From Myxococcota bacterium (GTDB taxonomy: Bacteria > Myxococcota_A > UBA796 > CAJQPC01): 47,339 bases of DNA. The position numbers were made by a program, and so were the translations under genes. Of the stretch, positions 1-9,283 are shown piece by piece. The first letter of the stretch is position 1; each line of letters starts with the position of its first letter. The notes below the pieces were generated by a model. That model made no database searches, was not told where the DNA came from, and saw only the letters and a list, made by a program, of their open reading frames with translations. The stretch spans positions 1 through 47,339 of the forward strand of contig JAYZDK010000165.1 in the NCBI GenBank assembly GCA_036337845.1, given 5' to 3'.

Positions 1-89
1 AGTACTCATCCCCTCGGGGATGAAAGCAGAACCGATTAGCTCAAAGCTCTGAAGGGACGTCGCACCTGGTCAAACGAATGCCACCTTTT

Positions 90-129
90 GAAACCCCCCG
101 GACATTGTCTGGGGGGTTTCTGCATTTTT
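90..129 (+). terminator. Rho-independent terminator-like hairpin with T-tract
   Basis: Perfect 10-bp inverted repeat GAAACCCCCC (90-99) / GGGGGGTTTC (111-120) with an 11-nt loop, followed by TGCATTTTT (121-129). All three + frames reach a stop before nt 53, so it fits a + strand gene ending at the window edge. It also lies about 130 nt past the stop of the convergent E1 gene. Confidence 0.6.
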
Positions 130-250
130 GACGTTGAAACCCATCAATCAGGGGAACCAACGGTCGGGGACCTGGACTCCACTTGCATTCCATGGCCCGG
201 TCATTGAGCTCGCCTGAGGTCCCAAGACCCAAACGGCCTGACGAGCGAGT

Positions 251-2434
251 TCAGCTCACAAAAAATCGCGGCGGCACAAAGGACCAGCCGCTCACACCGC
301 CAGACACCTCCGCCTCAACCAACTCCTTCGCGGTTTCGACAATACTGTCCGACTGAAGAACCGTGAAGGCTTCCAGTTCAAGGTTCTGCGCGACGCCAGG
401 CACATTTTTCTGACCAATGGCACGGGTGGGCATACCCGGAAAGCGCTCCACCACATGGCCTTGAATGGTACGCACGAATCCAGAGAAGTTGCGGTCTTCC
501 GCTGCCACCAGCAATCGGCCGGTACGCTCCACACTCTCGTACACCAGCTCCAGGTCGGGCGGAACCAGTGTCCGCAAGTCGATGACCTCGGCACTCACAC
601 CTTCGGCTTCAAGTTGATTCGCGGCCTCGATGCTGGTCCAAACCGCACGCCCCCACGCCACAATGGTCACATCTGTACCCGGCTTTCGAACGACGCCCTT
701 TCCAAAGGGCACTCGGATGTCTCGAGGAAGATCCGGAATCTCTCCTCGCATGATCGACTTCTTGAGAACCGAGATCTCAGTGGCATCGGTTGGCTCTCCA
801 GGGAAAGCGGGGCCGAGGGATTGGCGGTACATCCACTTGGGCTCCAGCATGACCACCGGGCCATCGTATTCAGAAGCCGTCAAAATCAAGCCGTACACAT
901 CCCAGGACGTCGAGGGCATCAACAGCACCAGGCCAGGAATTGGTGAGAAGTAGCCGTCTTCGGACATGGAGTGGTACACCGCTCCACCCCCAAATGGGTC
1001 CGTAGGCATTCGGAGCAGCACTCGCGTGGTAGAGCGACCATTGGAACACCAATAGAGATTGCCCATGTGAACCAGCCAATGGAACGCATTCAGGGAGTAG
1101 TCTCCGAACTGGATCTCTGGCAGTGCATGAATCTCTTTGTGCAGCCCCGCCCCCATGGCAGTACCGACAATCAGCGGCTCGTTCAGAGGAGCATCGATGA
1201 CACGGTCCCCGTGCTTCTTCTTCAAGCCCGCGGTGGCCGTCATGACACCGCCAAGGGTTCCCACATCCTGTCCCGTAATGAAACCCGCTTTCTCGGAAAT
1301 CACGTAGTCCAGCGCAGAACGAATCGCGCCCGCATAGGACACGTTCGTGGTGCCCTCTCCAGTCTCCGGCTCTTCAACACTCGGAAACGGCGGCTGAATA
1401 TGCTCCAGCACAGACTCCACCGGGGGGTCCGGCTCCGCTTTCACGGCTTCCATTTGACCCCGAATCTCTTCATCTTTCTGCCCGGCAATATTGCCAAGGT
1501 CGTGATGGGCGAAGAAGTCACGCCCCTCACCCTCCACGCGGCGAAGCACATCCTCCTCCTTCAGCACCTTCTGGTCCACAAGAAGGGCGCCCATCTTCAC
1601 CAGTGGGTCCTCTTGGGACAAGTCGAAGGTCATATCCGCAGCGGAGGAGTGACCATTGAATCGAGGCAGGCTGTGCACATGGATCAACGCTGGTTTCTGC
1701 TCCCCCTGTACATACTGGGCCGCCTCAAGCGTGACCTGGTAGCTGTCTGAGAAGTCACGTCCATCACAGGTGAAATGTCGAATCCCAAAGCCGTTTGAGT
1801 ACGCTTCAAAGTCCTTGATTCCACGCCCATCTTCCGGAGTCGTCGAAATGGCCACGCCATTGTCGGTGACCATAATGATCAGGGGCAACTGCCAGACACT
1901 CGCAGCGTTCATGGCGTCATGCATGTCCCCTTCGGCCGTCGTACCATCCCCCACAATACCGACGCAGATGCCATCGGTAATGCCCTGCATCTTGAAACCC
2001 AGCGCGTAGCCGGCCGCCTTGCCCAACTGCATGCCCACAGGGCTCTGTACAGGCAGAATGCCCAACTCGGGTATGTCGAGATGGTTCACCATCTGGCGAC
2101 CACGACTCATCTGGTCGGTGTCCTTGGAGAACTGCTGACGCAGCACATCGACAGCGAATCCCGTATACCCGTGCAATGCGGCCCAGGTCGCGACCAGGCT
2201 ACCCGAGCGATAGTGCGGAACGATCCCGAACTTGGAGACATCCTTCACCACCCGAGACAGCGCAAGGGCTGTAGCACTTCCGTGCACCTCTTCCCCAGGC
2301 CCCCAGATCGCGAATTTCACTTCTCCACGACTGGCAAGACGAACAATATGTTCCTCCAGGATGCGCGATCCACACGCTGCCGTGTAGCAGGTTTTGAGCT
2401 CTTCCGGGTTGGGTTGGGGTGCCTTGTCCGCCAT
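251..2434 (-). CDS. Fused E1 alpha/beta component of a TPP-dependent 2-oxoacid dehydrogenase (branched-chain/pyruvate type)
   Basis: The ORF is 251..2572. I place the start at ATG 2434 (MADKAPQPNPEEL) because GGAGG lies 5 nt upstream. The N-terminal half carries the TPP motif GDGTTAEGDMHDAMNAASVWQLPLIIMVTDN. The C-terminal half looks like a transketolase-like E1-beta (pyrimidine-binding plus C-terminal domain). At 727 aa the length fits an alpha+beta fusion. Confidence 0.85.
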   Translation of the reverse strand: MADKAPQPNPEELKTCYTAACGSRILEEHIVRLASRGEVKFAIWGPGEEVHGSATALALSRVVKDVSKFGIVPHYRSGSLVATWAALHGYTGFAVDVLRQQFSKDTDQMSRGRQMVNHLDIPELGILPVQSPVGMQLGKAAGYALGFKMQGITDGICVGIVGDGTTAEGDMHDAMNAASVWQLPLIIMVTDNGVAISTTPEDGRGIKDFEAYSNGFGIRHFTCDGRDFSDSYQVTLEAAQYVQGEQKPALIHVHSLPRFNGHSSAADMTFDLSQEDPLVKMGALLVDQKVLKEEDVLRRVEGEGRDFFAHHDLGNIAGQKDEEIRGQMEAVKAEPDPPVESVLEHIQPPFPSVEEPETGEGTTNVSYAGAIRSALDYVISEKAGFITGQDVGTLGGVMTATAGLKKKHGDRVIDAPLNEPLIVGTAMGAGLHKEIHALPEIQFGDYSLNAFHWLVHMGNLYWCSNGRSTTRVLLRMPTDPFGGGAVYHSMSEDGYFSPIPGLVLLMPSTSWDVYGLILTASEYDGPVVMLEPKWMYRQSLGPAFPGEPTDATEISVLKKSIMRGEIPDLPRDIRVPFGKGVVRKPGTDVTIVAWGRAVWTSIEAANQLEAEGVSAEVIDLRTLVPPDLELVYESVERTGRLLVAAEDRNFSGFVRTIQGHVVERFPGMPTRAIGQKNVPGVAQNLELEAFTVLQSDSIVETAKELVEAEVSGGVSGWSFVPPRFFVS

Positions 2435-2577
2435 TCGGACCTCCAATGACCAGCCTATTAACGGATCCAGACCCACCCCCGGGCGGCTTCCCACCAAGAG
2501 TCTGAGAATTCGGGCAGGATTCAACCAGGAATAAACCCGGTTTTGAGGCTGCAGAACAACGCTGACATGCATAGAAC

Positions 2578-2608
2578 CCCGATTGGGGAATCCAGTGCCC
2601 CAATCGGG
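2578..2608. promoter_or_regulatory. 11-bp perfect inverted repeat in a divergent promoter region
   Basis: CCCGATTGGGG (2578-2588) and CCCCAATCGGG (2598-2608) are exact reverse complements separated by 9 nt. The repeat lies in the 225-bp divergent region between the E1 start (2434) and the 2660 gene start. It could be an operator or a 5' leader hairpin; the function is unknown. Confidence 0.3.
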
Positions 2609-2659
2609 TGTCCCAGCCTTCTCATCCGTAGGTTAGAGTCCTCTTTCCGGAGAACCTAT

Positions 2660-3244
2660 ATGTTTCTTTACCTGCTAGCTTTGCCCGCCATCGCAGCCCC
2701 CCCCGCCGGGGCCAAAGTCACCGCGACCGAGAACGACTGCACGTTCTATGCACTGCCCAAGAACGATGAGGGCGTCAGTGGAGTTCACGTCCACTGTGAA
2801 TGGCCCGAACTCACCGTGGTCAGACTCGAGGAGTTGCTCAAGGTATGGGGTGATCAAGACGAGTACTTTGGGACCGTTGCTGTCTCCGAGGAAATCTCCA
2901 GAGACGGAGAAGTCGCTCGGGTGTATCAAAAGCATGTGGTGGCTGGAATCTCCGACAGAGAAGTGACGCTGGACATGACCCGAGAAGTCATCGACAAGGG
3001 GTACCGCTATGGGTTCACGAAATCCGCAAAGCAGGAACCTCCCCGAGAATCAGGCACGGTAAACACCGAATCTGACGATGGCGCCTGGACAGTCGTGGCC
3101 CTCCCCCGTGGAGGCGTCACCGTATACTACGACCTACTTTACGATCCGGGAGGCTGGGTACCCGGGTTCGTGATTCGTTGGTTCCAAACCAGCGGCATCA
3201 TCACTATTCTCGGTGAGCTCCGCGATCGAGGCAACGCGGGCTAA
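2660..3244 (+). CDS. Secreted protein, tentatively SRPBCC/START-like fold
   Basis: The ORF is 2543..3244. ATG 2660 gives MFLYLLALPAIAAPPAGAKV, which is signal-peptide-like. The length of about 194 aa and the C-terminal GWVPGFVIRWFQTSGIITILGELRDR resemble START/SRPBCC lipid-binding domains. The fold call is by eye only. I am more confident that the CDS exists (about 0.75) than I am of the function. Confidence 0.5.
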   Translation: MFLYLLALPAIAAPPAGAKVTATENDCTFYALPKNDEGVSGVHVHCEWPELTVVRLEELLKVWGDQDEYFGTVAVSEEISRDGEVARVYQKHVVAGISDREVTLDMTREVIDKGYRYGFTKSAKQEPPRESGTVNTESDDGAWTVVALPRGGVTVYYDLLYDPGGWVPGFVIRWFQTSGIITILGELRDRGNAG

Positions 3245-3246
3245 AC

Positions 3247-4860
3247 GTGGCGAACTCCATCGAGAACCGTCCTGTCGTTCTCTGCATCATGGATGGAGTT
3301 GGGCTAGGCCGCGCTGATGATGGCAACGCCGTATGGGCAGCAGAAACCCCCGTTCTCGACGAACTCGTAAACTCGGACACTCACCGAGCACTCATCGCCC
3401 ATGGGCCACCTGTGGGATTGCCAAGCCTTTCGGACATGGGCAACTCCGAGGTCGGGCACAATGCAATCGGTGCTGGCCGCACCTTCTCTCAAGGTGCCGC
3501 GTTGGTAGACAGCGCCCTGAAGTCTGAGTCCGCCTTCCAAGGAGATTCCTGGCCGTGGCTTCTCTCCGGCGGCACCCTACACCTTCTGGGACTGCTCTCG
3601 GACGGCAATGTCCATGCCCATACACAGCACCTCTTCGCGATACTGCAGAGAGCCGCCAAAGATGGCGTAAAGACCATTCGCATTCACCTGCTCACCGATG
3701 GTCGAGATGTTGGAGAACGCACCGCTCTTGAGTTCATCCAGCCATTAGAGGAACTCCTGAAGTCTCTGTCTTCCAGTTCTCGGGACTACGCAATCGCGAG
3801 CGGCGGTGGCCGAATGAACCTCACCATGGACCGGTACGATGCAGACTGGGCCATGGTGGAGAGGGGCTGGAATTGTCATGTCCATGGCCAAGGTCGTCAG
3901 TTCTCGAGCGCCAGCATCGCCATTCAAACGCTCTACGATGAAGACCCCCAACTCACCGACCAATGGCTACCCCCCTTTGTCATCACCAATAAAGAACGTC
4001 AGCCCATTGGACGAATCTCCAACGGAGATGGCGTCCTGTTCTGGAACTTCCGCGGTGACCGCTCCATCGAAATCTCCAAGGCCTTCGAAGGCAGAGATGT
4101 GCCATTCAACCGAGGTAGCACCACCCAAGTGCGTTTCGCAGGCATGATGCAATACGATGGGGATCAGCAAATCCCCAATCGTTTTCTGGTGTCACCTCCC
4201 GCGATTGAAAGCACAGTGGGAGAACACCTGGTGGCTGCCAGGCAGAAAATCTTTGCCATCTCAGAAACCCAGAAATTCGGCCACGTGACCTATTTCTTCA
4301 ACGGAAATCGCTCGGGCTACCTGGACCCCAGCCTGGAAGTATACGAGGAGATCCCCTCGGACCGGGTTCCCTTCAATCAGGCACCCGGGATGCAAGCTCG
4401 TGCCATCACCAAGCGCACCTGCGAGGCCATTACGTCTGGCTCGTTCAATCACATCCGGCTGAACCTTCCCAATGGAGACATGGTCGGTCACACCGGAGAC
4501 TTCGATGCCACAGTGCTCGCAATGGAGGTCGTGGACCGCTGCCTTGGAGACCTGCGAGCCGCCATCGAACAGGTCGGTGGTGTTCTGCTTGTCACAGCAG
4601 ACCATGGCAACGCAGAGCAAATGTACGAATGGGACAAGAAAAACCAAGAGTACAAACGGGGAAAACATGGAGAACGAATCACCAAGACCTCCCACAGCCT
4701 GAACCCGATTCCATTTGCTGTCGTAGACCCCATGAATCGCTGGTGCTTGACCGATGTAGAGGATCCCAACCTGACACACATCGGCTCCACCCTGCTCACC
4801 CTCGCCGGTATCGAGCTGCCCCGCGGATATGTTCCCTCTTTGCTGGAGCCCCTGACGTGA
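3247..4860 (+). CDS. gpmI: 2,3-bisphosphoglycerate-independent phosphoglycerate mutase
   Basis: GTG start at 3247. The motifs VLCIMDGVGLG, DMGNSEVGHNAIGAGR, the TADHGNAE-type C-terminal region and GDMVGHTG are typical of iPGM. Length is 537 aa. Confidence 0.9.
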   Translation: MANSIENRPVVLCIMDGVGLGRADDGNAVWAAETPVLDELVNSDTHRALIAHGPPVGLPSLSDMGNSEVGHNAIGAGRTFSQGAALVDSALKSESAFQGDSWPWLLSGGTLHLLGLLSDGNVHAHTQHLFAILQRAAKDGVKTIRIHLLTDGRDVGERTALEFIQPLEELLKSLSSSSRDYAIASGGGRMNLTMDRYDADWAMVERGWNCHVHGQGRQFSSASIAIQTLYDEDPQLTDQWLPPFVITNKERQPIGRISNGDGVLFWNFRGDRSIEISKAFEGRDVPFNRGSTTQVRFAGMMQYDGDQQIPNRFLVSPPAIESTVGEHLVAARQKIFAISETQKFGHVTYFFNGNRSGYLDPSLEVYEEIPSDRVPFNQAPGMQARAITKRTCEAITSGSFNHIRLNLPNGDMVGHTGDFDATVLAMEVVDRCLGDLRAAIEQVGGVLLVTADHGNAEQMYEWDKKNQEYKRGKHGERITKTSHSLNPIPFAVVDPMNRWCLTDVEDPNLTHIGSTLLTLAGIELPRGYVPSLLEPLT

Positions 4861-5864
4861 CCATCGACCTACGATCAGACACCGTGACCCGCCCCTCCGC
4901 TGGGATGATGCAGGCCATGATGACCGCGGAGGTGGGTGACGACGTGCTTCGAGACGATCCCACCGTTCACGCGCTGGAACTCGAGTCGGCCAAGATGTGC
5001 GGGAAAGAGGCCGCACTGTTCACCCCCTCGGGCACCATGGCCAACCAATTGGCCATTCGCGGATGGACACAGCCTGGCGACGAAGTCTTGATGGAAGCAG
5101 GCTCTCACCCATACAACTATGAATCCGCAGCCCATGCCGCGATTTCAGGGGTTCAAATCCGCCCCATCCCAGCAACGCTCGGCATCCTCGACCCCCAAGA
5201 TGTCGCAGACTGCATTCGGCCTGTAGACGACCACTTTGCACCCGCACGGCTTCTGTGTGTTGAAAATACATCCAATCGTGGTGGGGGCACGGTCTATCCC
5301 TTGGATCGGCTCGATGAGCTCACGAATCTGGCACACACACGAGGACTTAAAGCCCACCTCGATGGTGCTCGGGTCTTCAATGCCGTCGCTGCAAGCGGCC
5401 AGCCCCTGGCGCGTATCGCCCAAGGTTTTGACTCTGTCGCCTTCTGCCTATCCAAAGGACTCGGTGCGCCCGTCGGCTCTATTCTATGCGGACCGGCCGA
5501 CTTCATCGTCAACGCCCGACGGATGCGGAAGATGCTCGGTGGCGGAATGCGCCAAGCCGGTTTCCTGGCCGCCGCTGGGCTCTATGCACTCCGCCACAAT
5601 GTAGACAGGCTCACCGAAGATCACACCCGTGCCAGCGTGCTCTATCAAGGGCTCTTGAACATGGGCATCGAGGCGGTAGAACCTCAAACCAACATGGTCT
5701 ATGCCAGCGTATCCAACGCCAACGATCTGGTACAGCATCTCGGTGAACAAGAGATCCAGATTCTCGCTGTAAACGCCAACACCGTGCGCCTGGTCACACA
5801 TCTGGATGTGGACGACCAAGGGATTGAAACGATGCTCCAAGCCATGCGGGCTTGGACGCGCTGA
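4857..5864 (+). CDS. ltaE: Low-specificity L-threonine aldolase
   Basis: TIDLRSDTVTRPSAGMMQAMMTAEVGDDVLRDDPTVHALE...FTPSGTMANQLAI closely parallels the LtaE N-terminus. The ORF track extends to 4629, inside gpmI. I use GTG 4857, which overlaps the gpmI stop as GTGA, giving 335 aa. Confidence 0.85.
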   Translation: MTIDLRSDTVTRPSAGMMQAMMTAEVGDDVLRDDPTVHALELESAKMCGKEAALFTPSGTMANQLAIRGWTQPGDEVLMEAGSHPYNYESAAHAAISGVQIRPIPATLGILDPQDVADCIRPVDDHFAPARLLCVENTSNRGGGTVYPLDRLDELTNLAHTRGLKAHLDGARVFNAVAASGQPLARIAQGFDSVAFCLSKGLGAPVGSILCGPADFIVNARRMRKMLGGGMRQAGFLAAAGLYALRHNVDRLTEDHTRASVLYQGLLNMGIEAVEPQTNMVYASVSNANDLVQHLGEQEIQILAVNANTVRLVTHLDVDDQGIETMLQAMRAWTR

Positions 5865-7433
5865 TCAGTCGCAGTTCGCCAGGGCGCCGTAGGTAATATC
5901 AATCGTATCGCCGCCCTCCGGGATGCCCCAGTTGAAGACCACAGCGTTGATACCCGCCTCGTAGGTCCAGCGATCGGCCTGTACTGTGTTTCCGTTGACC
6001 ACTACCGAAATCGTAGAAGGCAGCGGCGAGGCAGACAATCCAAAGGTTCCCTGAGAAGTAGAAGCCACCGCCAGGCTCTGCATGTAGCCACTCCAACTGG
6101 TGGAACAAATCGAGAGGAATGCCCCTCCGGTGTAGTTGACCGCTTCGTAGTACCCCGTGCCAGCATCCGCCGAGGAACAACCATTGGGGTAGTCCCCCGC
6201 AATGGCCGAGAGGCGCGTCAAGGAGGGGTTGCCCTTCTTGGCCATGATCTGATTGACCAACGTGCTCCAGTCTTGCGGGCTTTGCTCCGGCTCATCGGAG
6301 ACCATCACTATGTGAAGCAAGGCATTGGGTCGCATGAACCCATCGTTGCATTCTCCCGGGTCGGTCTGTTCCACCGCTGCAGCGGCTGGTGTCAGCAAAG
6401 CCTCGGTGTAGCTGTCGTCGGATGTGAGGTTGTGCCAGGAATAGGGGTTCACAGCGTCATTGAAGCGACTCACATAGTTCGGGCTGGAGGTGGTGAGGAC
6501 ACCAGAGTGATTGCAGCCATTATCTTGTGTCACCACCATCACCCGCCAGTTGGTCGTGAAGCTGTTGAGCTGGGTGATGAACTGAGAAAAGTTGCTGGCA
6601 AGCCGGCTGGCATCATCGCTCATGGAACAGGAACGGTCCACGAGGAAAATGATATCGGAAGGTGGATTCTCCACCAATTCCCAGGAATCTGTCACCTCAC
6701 CCGCGTACTTACCCGAACCCTCCTGATAGGCTTCCCGTTGCATCAGGGGCTCATTGGAGGTCACTGTCAGCACCCCCTCAACGGTATCGTCGGTCGAAGG
6801 CGTAAAGTCCATGCCCACCGTGATGAGCTCGCCTGGTTCCAGTGAGAGTGGGAGCACATCATTCACAGTCATCGCAAAGGCATCGCCTGCGTGTTCGATA
6901 GACTGAATCTCCAGGGTATCGGTACCCACATTGGAAAGCTCCAGGTCCCCCGGGTGCGTACATCCGGCATACGCATCACCGAAATCATAGGGGTCCGGAT
7001 TGATTTGAAGCTCGGGCACAGCCCCGTAGCCCAACAGATCCACAGGCGCCTCGGGCACGGCCTGATCATTTGAGAACACCACAGCACTGGCCAGGTTCTC
7101 CGACGCCGCCATCGGCGAGAAGGCCACCTCGACCTCTTGGGAAGCCCCTGGCGGAAGCATGTAGCCAAACTCCTCCACAAACAAGGTGAACGCCCCAACC
7201 CCGCCATCAATCAAAATGTTTTCCACCTGCAGGTCGCCAGTACCCACACTGTGAATTGTGAAGCTCAAAACTTCCTGCTCACCCTTGGAGAGAAGACCAA
7301 ACTCCAACTCCGGCGGGTCCACCTCAATGGCAGCTCCATTCGCACCGTCACCATCGACCGTCTTGTGGAAGCCCGATTCCATACAACCGGTGGATATAAG
7401 GGCAGCCAAGAAGGAAATTCTGAACCAATTCAT
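5865..7433 (-). CDS. Lipoprotein with two ASH/choice-of-anchor-D-like Ig domains and a vWA (MIDAS) domain
   Basis: Signal peptide with lipobox-like MNWFRISFLAALISTGC. GGAGG lies just upstream of ATG 7433. There are two repeated beta-sandwich segments (LEFGLL..., DPYDFGDAY...). The DxSxS MIDAS motif appears in IIFLVDRSCSMSDD. It is roughly half identical by eye to the next gene. Confidence 0.75.
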   Translation of the reverse strand: MNWFRISFLAALISTGCMESGFHKTVDGDGANGAAIEVDPPELEFGLLSKGEQEVLSFTIHSVGTGDLQVENILIDGGVGAFTLFVEEFGYMLPPGASQEVEVAFSPMAASENLASAVVFSNDQAVPEAPVDLLGYGAVPELQINPDPYDFGDAYAGCTHPGDLELSNVGTDTLEIQSIEHAGDAFAMTVNDVLPLSLEPGELITVGMDFTPSTDDTVEGVLTVTSNEPLMQREAYQEGSGKYAGEVTDSWELVENPPSDIIFLVDRSCSMSDDASRLASNFSQFITQLNSFTTNWRVMVVTQDNGCNHSGVLTTSSPNYVSRFNDAVNPYSWHNLTSDDSYTEALLTPAAAAVEQTDPGECNDGFMRPNALLHIVMVSDEPEQSPQDWSTLVNQIMAKKGNPSLTRLSAIAGDYPNGCSSADAGTGYYEAVNYTGGAFLSICSTSWSGYMQSLAVASTSQGTFGLSASPLPSTISVVVNGNTVQADRWTYEAGINAVVFNWGIPEGGDTIDITYGALANCD

Positions 7434-7580
7434 TAAGGAGCCTCCACGCAGTTTGGAGGTTCCATCTGCAAATCACATGCCAGATCGAAAGGTGAAGAGC
7501 GGAAATCGCTTCAACATTTCACCCAAGCCACTACAGATCGAACTCCTCGGTCCGTACTCCTCTGACTCCGCTGGCAGAAC

Positions 7581-9164
7581 TCAGTCGCAAGCCGCCAAAA
7601 CAGCGTAGTCGATATCCACCATCTCACCGCCTTCGGGGATATCCGAGTCAAACACCACAGAGGCTGTAGAGGCATCATAATGCCAGTTGACCATCTGCTG
7701 AATGGGAGCCGTATTCGGCCCTCCCGCCGGCGTCACCCAAACCTCAATGGTGGATTCCACGGCTGGCGCAGAAAGGGGAAACACATCCTGATTGATGGAC
7801 GCATGAGCCAGAGACGCCATGTAGCCCGTCCATGACGTCGAACAGATAGAAAGGAACTCTCCACCCGTGTAGTTCACCGCCTCGTAATACCCACTACCCG
7901 CCCAGGCCGTTGAGCAGCCGTTGGGGTAATCCCCAGCAATGGCCGAGAGCCGAACCAGCGAGGCATTTCCCTTCTTGGCGATAATCTCATTCACATACGA
8001 ATCCCAGGAGCCCCCGCTCTGCTCGGGCTCATCCGACACCATGATGATGTGCAGCATCGCATTGGGACGAAGGAAGTTCTGATTGCACTCGCCCGGGTCT
8101 GTGTTCTCCGTCATGTTTCGCGCAACCGTCAACAAACTCTCGGTGTACCCACCACCTCCAGACTGCACAGCCTGGCTGAACAAGTGCTGGTATCCACTGG
8201 TGTTGGACGTCAACACTCCAGTGCTGTTGCACCCATCGTCCCCATTGGCCACCATGACGTGCCAGTTCTGCGTGTAGGTATCCAGGCTTCCGATAAAAGA
8301 GCTGAAATTTTGGGCCAGTCTCGCGGCATCGTCGTACATGGAACAGGACTGATCCACCATAAAAACGATGTCTGATGGCGGATCCTCCAGCAATTCCCAG
8401 TGATCTGAGAACTCGGCTGCAAACTTGCCCTCCCCGCCCTGCTCCGCCATTCGCGTACCCATAGGCTCATTGGACACCACAGCCAGCGTGCTGCTGTAGA
8501 CGTCCTCAATCTCAGGGTTGAACTCCATAGAAACCATCACCGACTCAGCCGGGGCCAGCACATGCGGGAAGGTCAGGCTGTGGCTCAACGTAAAGCCATC
8601 CCCCACCTGTCCCACTTCGAAAATCTGGAGAGGAGAGGTTCCGATATTGGTCAACGCCATGTCACCGTTGTGGGGACAACCCACATAGGTCGTACCAAAA
8701 TCATAGGGATCCGGGCTTACCTTCAGCTCCGGTACTGCACCAAAGCCCACCAGGTCTACCAGCGCCTCTGGCACAGCTGGGTCATTGGAGCTGATCACAG
8801 CCTCCGCCGAGTTTTCGTGGGCCGCCATTGGCGTGAATACAACTTCTACCTCAACCGAGTCTCCTGGCTCAATCTCAAACTCAGTTTCCCCAGTGATAGT
8901 AAAAGCGCCCACACCCGCATCAATCCAAATCTGGTCAACTTCCAGAGGTAGATCTCCCACACTCAAAATGGTGAAAGACTCCACCTGAACCTCGTCCTTG
9001 TTGAGCAGTCCATACGTCAACTCAGCCGGTTCCACCTCGATCACCGGGCCCAAGGGACCCAGGTCCTCCTTCATGGCATGAAGAGAGTTCTCGGTACAAC
9101 CCAGGGAGAAGGCGACCAAGAACAACAACGAGCCCGTGAGAGAAATGCCAGTGCGAGGTACCAT
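7581..9164 (-). CDS. Paralogous lipoprotein with ASH-like domains and a vWA domain
   Basis: Same architecture as 5865..7433 (IVFMVDQSCSMYDD; shared blocks SAIAGDYPNGCS, GYYEAVNYTGG, FLSICSTSW). The ORF track starts at 9194. I prefer ATG 9164 (MVPRTGISLTGSLLFLVAFSLGC) because GGAG lies 5 nt upstream, but 9194 remains possible. Confidence 0.75.
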   Translation of the reverse strand: MVPRTGISLTGSLLFLVAFSLGCTENSLHAMKEDLGPLGPVIEVEPAELTYGLLNKDEVQVESFTILSVGDLPLEVDQIWIDAGVGAFTITGETEFEIEPGDSVEVEVVFTPMAAHENSAEAVISSNDPAVPEALVDLVGFGAVPELKVSPDPYDFGTTYVGCPHNGDMALTNIGTSPLQIFEVGQVGDGFTLSHSLTFPHVLAPAESVMVSMEFNPEIEDVYSSTLAVVSNEPMGTRMAEQGGEGKFAAEFSDHWELLEDPPSDIVFMVDQSCSMYDDAARLAQNFSSFIGSLDTYTQNWHVMVANGDDGCNSTGVLTSNTSGYQHLFSQAVQSGGGGYTESLLTVARNMTENTDPGECNQNFLRPNAMLHIIMVSDEPEQSGGSWDSYVNEIIAKKGNASLVRLSAIAGDYPNGCSTAWAGSGYYEAVNYTGGEFLSICSTSWTGYMASLAHASINQDVFPLSAPAVESTIEVWVTPAGGPNTAPIQQMVNWHYDASTASVVFDSDIPEGGEMVDIDYAVLAACD

Positions 9165-9248
9165 AAACACTCCAGACGCCCTACCCAGGCGCATCCAACT
9201 TTACCCTACAGTCTAGCAACTATCAGGCCAAAACGAACAAAATTATAC

Positions 9249-9283
9249 CAAGGGGTACCTCACAGAAAAAGGAAAACCCCTTG
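9249..9283 (-). terminator. Candidate terminator hairpin downstream of mdh
   Basis: On the minus strand, CAAGGGG (9283-9277) pairs with CCCCTTG (9255-9249) across a 21-nt loop, followed by GTATAATTTTGTTCGTTTTGG. The loop is large, so this is weak. The U-rich tail also contains a TATAAT that could instead be a -10 box for the downstream lipoprotein gene. Confidence 0.3.

Noticed and set aside
1-89. Possible 3' end of an ncRNA (hairpin TCATCCCC/GGGGATGA at 6-23, and a GCCACC end just before the terminator)
   Set aside because: I could recognise no tRNA/tmRNA T-arm, RNase P or SRP signatures. It is equally consistent with the 3' end and UTR of a protein gene cut by the window edge.
41-232. 63-aa minus-strand ORF between the terminator and the E1 gene
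   Set aside because: It spans the terminator hairpin, has no SD and gives an implausible peptide.
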